DNA of 62,447 nt, counting the filler, from Chrysochromulina tobinii (Eukaryota), in NCBI GenBank assembly GCA_001275005.1. It is 7 parts of 7 records of this genome, joined end to end, with 100 filler letters (N's around TTAATTAATTAA, not from the genome) between each part and the next. Parts side by side here need not be neighbours in the genome. Positions count along the whole stretch, not along the records: positions 54,994 to 58,639 come from JWZX01001042.1; positions 58,740 to 62,447 come from JWZX01001043.1; 5 more parts are not named here. The stretch is one strand, 5' to 3'. The position numbers were made by a program, and so were the translations under genes. Shown here piece after piece: positions 55,863 to 62,447 of the stretch (positions are counted from its first letter, which is position 1; each line of letters opens with the position of its first letter). The notes below the pieces were generated by a model. It made no database searches. It saw only the letters and a list, made by a program, of their open reading frames with translations, and was not told where the DNA came from.

Positions 55863-57893
55863 ATGCCAGCTACCTCTATCTACCTCCCAACATTGACCTC
55901 TGCCTACCTCCCGAAGAACATCGAGTACTATCCGGTGGACACGGTCGACCATTACCTGTGGGTCGTCATCGTCGCCTTCTTCGCCGCGTTCATGGCGGCC
56001 TTCGGGATCGGGTGCGCATCTGATGCGCGACGCCCTTCTGCAAAAGCGGCGCCCTTTCTGCAAAGCACACACGCGCGCGCGAGATGCGCACTGCCATCTA
56101 AGGTAGACCCTCGCTTGCCCACGCCCTCGCCCACTTGTGTCCGCGGCCCACTCGCCTTTCTCCGCTCATCCCCTCAATTGCCCATGCCCTTCTGTCGCAG
56201 CGCGAACGACGTAGCCAATGCGTTCGCCACCTCTGTAGGCTCCAAGGCGCTCACGGTGAAGCAGGCGTGCTGCATCGCCGTCGTCATGGAGTTCGTCGGC
56301 GCCTGCTTCATGGGCGGCGAGGTTGTCAAGACCATCCGTGGCTCACTCGCCAATATCAATGACTTCAAGGACAACCCGCCCCTGCTCATGTGGGGCTGCA
56401 TGTGCGTCGACATCGCGACCGCCGTGTGGCTCATCCTCGCGACCAGGTTCGAGATGCCGGTTTCGACGACGCACTCGTGCGTGGGCGGCATGGTCGGCAT
56501 GACCATCGCGCTCCGCGGCGCGAATTCGGTGATCTGGTTCAAGGAGGCCGACGCCACCAGTCCGATCCCGGGAGGCTTCCTCTCCATCGTGGTCTCGTGG
56601 TTCCTCTCGCCCCTCCTCTCCGCCATCACTGCAGGCATCCTCTTCTCCATCGTGCGGCTGATCCTGCGCACGAAGAATTCGTTCGAGAACTCGGTCAGGA
56701 CGTACCCGATCATGGTCTTTTTCTGCGTCATGATCGTCTCGGTCTACATGCTCACGAAGGGCATCACTTCGAAGAGCGCCAACCTCGATAAGCTCGAGGA
56801 CGATCAAAAGTTTGGAATCGCGTGCGCCATCGCCGCAGTCTGTGCCGCCGTCTCCATCCCCCCGACCATCTACATGCGGCACCGCATCGTGACGGGCAAG
56901 TTCACCGCGCCGCCGCTCGCCATCGAGGTCGCCCTGGAGCAGCGTGCCGCCGCCGGCAGGCCCGAGTTCAAGTTGGAGTACGAGAAGAAGCACGCCGAGG
57001 CCATCAAGAGGGAGTACCTGGCGCTCCATAAGGAGAATAAGATCGAGACGCGCTCGGCCGAGACCACGACCACCGACGACGCCGAGGCTGGTACCGCCAA
57101 GGGTGCAGCTGAGCTCGAGTCGATGGATTCTCGACGTGAGCTCGAGTCGATGGCCAAGTCGACTGAGGGCAACGCGGTCGAGGCTATCGAGGAGACGAAG
57201 GTGCGGGAGTACTATCGCCGCGTGACCGCGTCCGTGATGTCCTCGCTCAATCAGGACATTCACGGGGCGGTCATCGACGACGAGCGCACCTTCCAGGTTC
57301 ACATGAAGGCCGAGCGCTTCGATAAGCGGTCTGAGGCGATGTTCACCTACCTGCAGGTGTTCTCGGCGTGCTTTGATGCGCTCGCGCACGGTGCCAACGA
57401 CGTGGCCAATGCCGTCGGGCCGTTATCTACTGTCTTCCTGCTGTACAATGGCGAGAAGCTCGGCTCGAATCTCGACATGGGCGAGTGGCGCTTCATGATC
57501 CTCGGATTCGGCGGCGCTGGCATCTGCCTCGGCCTACTGCTCTACGGCTCGCAGATCCTTCGCGCCCTCGGCGTCAAGCTGGCCGTCGTCACGCCCGCGC
57601 GCGGCTTCTGCATCGAGATGGGCTCGGCCTCCATTGTCATCCTCGGCTCGTACTACGGGATTCCGCTCTCAACCACGCACTGCCAGGTGGGCGCCACCAC
57701 CGGCGTCGGCCTTCTCGAGGGTTACAAGGGCATCAACTGGTGGATTCTCGGCAAATCGTTCGCAGGGTGGCTCATCACCTGCGTCTTCGTGGCCTTCGTC
57801 ACCGGCATCCTTGCCGGCATTGGCGCGTTCGCCCCGTCGGCGCGCTACCCCGAAGTCCAATTCTTCAACTGCTCGACGTCGTCGCGCTGCTGA
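55863..57893 (+). CDS. PiT/PHO4-family inorganic phosphate transporter; in-frame intron 56012-56200
   Basis: AFGIG|ANDVANAFATSVGS after splicing; PVSTTHSCVG; AHGANDVANAVGP; GIPLSTTHCQVGA. Confidence 0.95.
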   Translation: MPATSIYLPTLTSAYLPKNIEYYPVDTVDHYLWVVIVAFFAAFMAAFGIGCASDARRPSAKAAPFLQSTHARARCALPSKVDPRLPTPSPTCVRGPLAFLRSSPQLPMPFCRSANDVANAFATSVGSKALTVKQACCIAVVMEFVGACFMGGEVVKTIRGSLANINDFKDNPPLLMWGCMCVDIATAVWLILATRFEMPVSTTHSCVGGMVGMTIALRGANSVIWFKEADATSPIPGGFLSIVVSWFLSPLLSAITAGILFSIVRLILRTKNSFENSVRTYPIMVFFCVMIVSVYMLTKGITSKSANLDKLEDDQKFGIACAIAAVCAAVSIPPTIYMRHRIVTGKFTAPPLAIEVALEQRAAAGRPEFKLEYEKKHAEAIKREYLALHKENKIETRSAETTTTDDAEAGTAKGAAELESMDSRRELESMAKSTEGNAVEAIEETKVREYYRRVTASVMSSLNQDIHGAVIDDERTFQVHMKAERFDKRSEAMFTYLQVFSACFDALAHGANDVANAVGPLSTVFLLYNGEKLGSNLDMGEWRFMILGFGGAGICLGLLLYGSQILRALGVKLAVVTPARGFCIEMGSASIVILGSYYGIPLSTTHCQVGATTGVGLLEGYKGINWWILGKSFAGWLITCVFVAFVTGILAGIGAFAPSARYPEVQFFNCSTSSRC

Positions 57894-58639
57894 TCAGCAT
57901 CCGTGTCGATGGCGAGCACGCCAAATGTGCCCGTGGGATATGGCAGAGCATGCCGCAAGGGTCCTGGGTTCGCGCTGTCCTGGACTCGAGCTGTCCTGGG
58001 CTCGCGCTGTGAGCCGCGACGGTGGGAGCCGCTGCTCACCGCGAGGTGAGGCATGTGGGACAGGTGTGCTCGGGTTGCGGGCGGGAGGATCGTGCATTTC
58101 TATCGAGATACAAGGCTGTCATTCTTCATCATCGGTATAGGTGTAGTAGCGATACGCATGAGAGGGTTGAGCCGAGGCGATGTGCATGGCGATGTTCCAG
58201 GGGTTGCCGGCTGGCCGCGGAAGCCGGAACATCGGATGACCGTGAGATCTGACACAACGGTGATCGTGAGTGACCGCGGCGGACTGAAGACGCGGGGCCC
58301 GGGGCGGCGCGGGGGTGACACGCCGAACAAACACGAACCGTACTTAACCCGATTCGTCGGTGTGAATAGAGGTGAGTGTCTATATGACAGTCGACATGTT
58401 TGACACAGTATGTAATGTCCACGTTCGGAGCGTTCTGTATGACAGTATGTAAAGTATGCCGCGCAGTCTCGTCCCTGGACCCCCTGCCATCATTCTGCGG
58501 TCGTGCCAGCTGCGCGAGACGAGACGCTCGTCCCTGCCATGTGAAAGTGCACACTACCACAGCTGGCTGTCGCCCGCCGTGACGCGCGCAAGCTCGCCGA
58601 AGGCGGCGCTCGCATCGTCTCCGCCGGGCAGTGGGATGA

Positions 58640-58739
58640 NNNNNNNNNNNNNNNNNNNNNNNNNNNNNNNNNNNNNNNNNNNNTTAATTAATTAANNNNN
58701 NNNNNNNNNNNNNNNNNNNNNNNNNNNNNNNNNNNNNNN
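58640..58739. other. Artificial contig-joining spacer
   Basis: N44-TTAATTAATTAA-N44. Confidence 0.99.
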
Positions 58740-61435
58740 CAACCTGTCACGAGCACGGTCACCTCGAAGTCCGTCACGGCCCGCTCGAGCTCATCCAAAG
58801 TATGCGCGTAGCGCTTCTCCGTGGTGCAGGACAGCTCAAGCGCTTCCTTGAACAAGGCCATATTGGCAGCGATCATCGCCCAGACTTGCACGACGATGCT
58901 CCTCGCAAAATCTTCCACGACCGCAGGTCCCGTGACGGCATACTGCACATAGTCAGGTTCGGGCTCTTCGGCTGGACCGCCTCCGCCTTCGCTGCCTCCT
59001 CCGCCCTCGCGGGCCAGCGAGGTCGCGCCTGCATCCGAGGCCACCTCCGAGCACGCCCTCGAGCTCCCACGACCCCTTCCACCCCTTGAGCTCCCAGCAT
59101 CACTATCAGCACCACCGCCATCGCTGCCGCGTCGGCCGCTGCCAATAGAGGAGGGTGGGCCGGGCGGGATCGAGTCGGGTGCATACTCGGACGGTGGGGC
59201 GTTCCAAGGAGACTCGTCCGTTTGCGGATGAGCCTGCTGATTGAAGCGGTGTTCGAGCAACTGCAGGTCGAGCTCGCGGCGGTCGAGCGAGACTCGAAAG
59301 TTGTCGGCTAGACGGCGATAGTGGCGACGATAGACGCACGCCAACAGCAGAGCCAGAAGTGCAAGACTGGTTGCGAGGGACACCACAAATGCAGGCTGCT
59401 CGCTGAGAGCCATCACGCCACGCGGATCTGGCGTCCGAGATGATTTCGGAGGGGAGCCTGGTGGTGGTGGGAGTGGTGCTGGCGGCGGGGGCGGAAGCAG
59501 CGGTGGTCGATCAAGAGGCGGCATGAGCGAAGCAACAAAGCAGGCTGGTGCAATCCCAAGGCTTGTGAGTGTCGTGGAGCCGAACGATGTATTGCCGCTG
59601 AAGTAGCCCGTCACCAGAGCACCGCCCACGCCGTCGTGCGCAATGGCGTAGGGATGGGCGGAGCTGCCGACGGCCCAGTCAATCGCGCCCGACGCCGTCA
59701 CGTGCATCACGAAACCATCAGCACGGTCATGGCTGGTGAGTAACGTCGAGCCGAACGATGCGTGGCCGCTGAAGTAGCCCGTCACGAGAGCACCCCCCGC
59801 GCCATCGTGCGCGATGCCCCAGCCTTGGTCCACGGATGCGCCGCCCGCCTGTAAGGCCCAGTCGATGGAGCCCGACGCCGTCACGTGCATCACGAAAGCG
59901 TCGCAACTGCCTTGGCCATGGCTGGTGAGCGACGTCGAGCCGAACGATGCCTTGCCGTCAAAGTCACCGGTCACGAGAGCACCCCCCGCGCCATCGTGTG
60001 CGATGCCGTAGCCTGCGGTATTGGTATCCGCGCCGCCCGCCTGGACGGCCCAGTCGATGGCGCCCGACGCTGTCACGTGCATCACGAAAGCGTCGCAACT
60101 GCCTTGGCCGGTGAGCGACGTCGAGCCGAATGATGCCACCGGGTGTGCTCTCGACTCCACCTCTAGCCTGAAGTCGCCCGTCACAAGAGCACCCCCCGCG
60201 CCATCGTGCGCGATGCCGCGGCCAGACGTCAAGGACGCGCCGCCCGCCTGTACAGCCCAGTCGATGGCGCCCGACGCCGTCACGTGCATCACGAAGGCGT
60301 CTTGCGTGCCGCGGCTAGTGAGTGTCGTCGAGCCGAACGATGCTTGGCCGCTGAAGTAGCCCGTCACGAGAGCACCGCCCGCGCCATCGTGCGCGATGCC
60401 GCAGCCGGATGCCACGTATGCGCCGCCCGCCTGGACGGCCCAGTCGATGCCCCCCGACGCTGTCACGTGCATCACGAAAGCGTCGGCGACGCCTCGGCTA
60501 TCGAGTGACGTCGAGCCGAACGATGCGCGATCCATGAAAAATCCCGTTACGAAAGCACCGCCAGCACCATCGTGCGCGATGCCGTAGCCTGGGTCATGGG
60601 ACGTGCCGCCATCAATATGGTCGGCGAGCAGCCCGTGGTCACCCGCCTGGACGGCCCAGTCGATGGCGCCCGACGCCGTCACGTGCATCACGAAAGCGTC
60701 TTCAGTGCCGCGGCTCGTGAGAAACGTCGAGCCGAACGATGCTTGGCCGCTGAAGTAGCCCGACACGAGAGCGCCGCCCGCGCCATCGTACGCGATGCCG
60801 GAGCCAAGGACAAGGTCGGTACCCCGCGTCTGAACGGCCCAATTGGCGGACTCGATCGTGCCCATGTTGTTCTTCTCACCAACAGGCGGCGGCGGCGAGT
60901 ACGGCGGCAGCGGCAAAGCCGGCGGCAACTCCGGGGACGGCGGCAATGCTGGCGGCGGCGGCAAAGCTGGCGGCTGCGAGGGCGGCCGCCAACAAAAAAC
61001 AATCTTCACGTCCGGTTGCGAGCAGTTCGCTGCGAGATGGCGGAGCTCCAAGCAAAGTCCATCGAACATGTTGCCTCCATAGCAGCAAGCCTCAGGGGAT
61101 TGGCCTTCTCCACATGCACCATTATTCCCGCAGTGGGCGCACGACGCCAAAGATGACTTTGGGATACGTGGCGGCGAAAGCGGAACATGTTTTCTTTCAG
61201 GCGGCGGAGGAGAGAGAGGAGACGAAGAGGGTGGCAGCGACGGCGGTGGCGGCGTCTGGCATTCAACGCTTGCCATAATGTTGAAGCTGAGGAGAAGTAT
61301 CAACCAAACTCTAAGCTGTGAGATTCCTCGGATACTCCCACTCGCACCTTGCGTCCCGCCTGAAGACGTGCCGCCGACGCGCATCCCTCGTACGGCGACG
61401 CGACCGGACGGCGCCGCGCAAAGTGTCAAATCCAT
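58740..61435 (-). CDS. Single-pass surface protein with ~7 beta-propeller (SBBP-like) repeats between proline-rich stalks; 3' truncated
   Basis: ~60-aa repeats WAVQAGG...GIAHDGAGGALVTGYFSGxASFGSTxLTS.G..DAFVMHV (about 59560-60850); signal-like and TM helices. Confidence 0.8.
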
Positions 61436-61741
61436 GGGCGCCGCTGGAATCTTGGTTTAGTACTGTAACGGTACTTCGCACCATCAGTCAGTCAGTCAGT
61501 TTCGTCGCGGTCCCCCCACGCACCATTTTTCAATTGCATGCTAATTGTCGTTCACGCGCCTACCCGACGGGCAGGTCGGCTCCGCCTCCCCGTGCCCTTT
61601 AGTGCGCTAGCTGCGCGCGCGCGCGCCAAGTGACTGTGACTGTACCGCGCGGTATACCCGAACAGGACACATGATCTCGTGTCGGCCATTACCCATTTTG
61701 CCGGTTAATGAAGCACTCCCTTCGCGCCAAGTTGTTGAGCT

Positions 61742-62416
61742 TTACGCGTGAGCTCTTGCTTGTTGGGACTCGTTGGGACTCGTCGTTGTGCGACCCTCTG
61801 TCATCATGGACACCGACCGTTGCTTTCCATGCCAGTTGGCGACCGTGCGCTGCAACCCCTCGTCGAGCGAGAACAGCGGCCGGTAGCTGAGCTCATCGCG
61901 CGCACGCGCCGACGAAAAGGTGTATGAGCAGTAGGCCGTGTGAAACATCGCCGGTGTGAGCTGGGCAGCCTCGCCCTTCAAAGCGCCCCGTGTGATCCAC
62001 TGCACAGCCTCGAGCACGAATGAGAGCCCGCGGAGGAGCCGTGACGGCATGTAGTTGACCTTCAGCGTGCGCCCAGTCGTCGCCTTGTAAAAGTGGCACA
62101 TTTTGGCGTAAAAGTCGCCACCCGTGACCGGCTCTTCGTTCGAGATGCAGTAGGCCTTGCCGCCTACCTTGGCTGGTGTGTCGAGCAACGCCCTCTCGAG
62201 CAGCAGATGGCCCCACACGACATTCTCGACGTAGACGTAATCGATCGTGGGCTCGGGCGTGAGCAGCTCGATGGCTCCCGCGTCGAGCCATTTTTGGGTG
62301 ATGAAATTGTCCGAGGGGCCGAAGATGGCCGAGCACGGCCGGATGCACCCCGCCGCTAAGCCGACTCCACTTGAGGAAGAGCTTGGATGGTGCGCGGCGA
62401 GCACGAGCTTCTCAGC
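61742..62416 (-). CDS. Last exon of a 3-beta-hydroxysteroid dehydrogenase/NAD-dependent epimerase family enzyme
   Basis: Acceptor CAG at 62417-62419, then AEKLVLAA, CIRPCSAIFGPSD, DYVYVENVVWGHLL, GKAYCISN, ARDELSYRPLFSLDEGL. Confidence 0.85.
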   Translation of the reverse strand, partial: AEKLVLAAHHPSSSSSGVGLAAGCIRPCSAIFGPSDNFITQKWLDAGAIELLTPEPTIDYVYVENVVWGHLLLERALLDTPAKVGGKAYCISNEEPVTGGDFYAKMCHFYKATTGRTLKVNYMPSRLLRGLSFVLEAVQWITRGALKGEAAQLTPAMFHTAYCSYTFSSARARDELSYRPLFSLDEGLQRTVANWHGKQRSVSMMTEGRTTTSPNESQQARAHA

Positions 62417-62447
62417 CTGGAGGATTATCAGGGCGCTCCGTCAGATG

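Overview
High-GC eukaryotic DNA. The gene content, spliceosomal introns and intron-motif style suggest a haptophyte alga (Chrysochromulina-like); this is inference only. The window is seven contigs joined by artificial 100-nt N44-TTAATTAATTAA-N44 spacers, so adjacency across spacers means nothing. About 20 host genes are recognisable, including a CH-domain protein, LRR receptor-like protein, MFS transporter, CG-1/HMG factor, IQ protein, PAP2, UBA/PUB protein, NTM1-type fusion, kinesin, Pol theta/nu-like polymerase, Skp1-F-box-LRR-SPRY protein, PiT transporter, beta-propeller surface protein and a 3-beta-HSD-like enzyme. Two systems stand out. (1) A ~10.4 kb non-LTR retrotransposon (30781-41229) whose ~3,250-aa polyprotein, broken by one stop and one frameshift, reads LRLRGG / APE endonuclease / RT / apparent family-A (PolA/TV-Pol-like) polymerase domain / RNase H / zinc fingers. 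It thus seems to carry a second polymerase fold. (2) A class of introns apparently built by duplicating flanking exon sequence and adding stereotyped acceptor cassettes or branch-point-like micro-repeats. These are densest in the Pol theta-like gene, and some cassette copies lie antisense.
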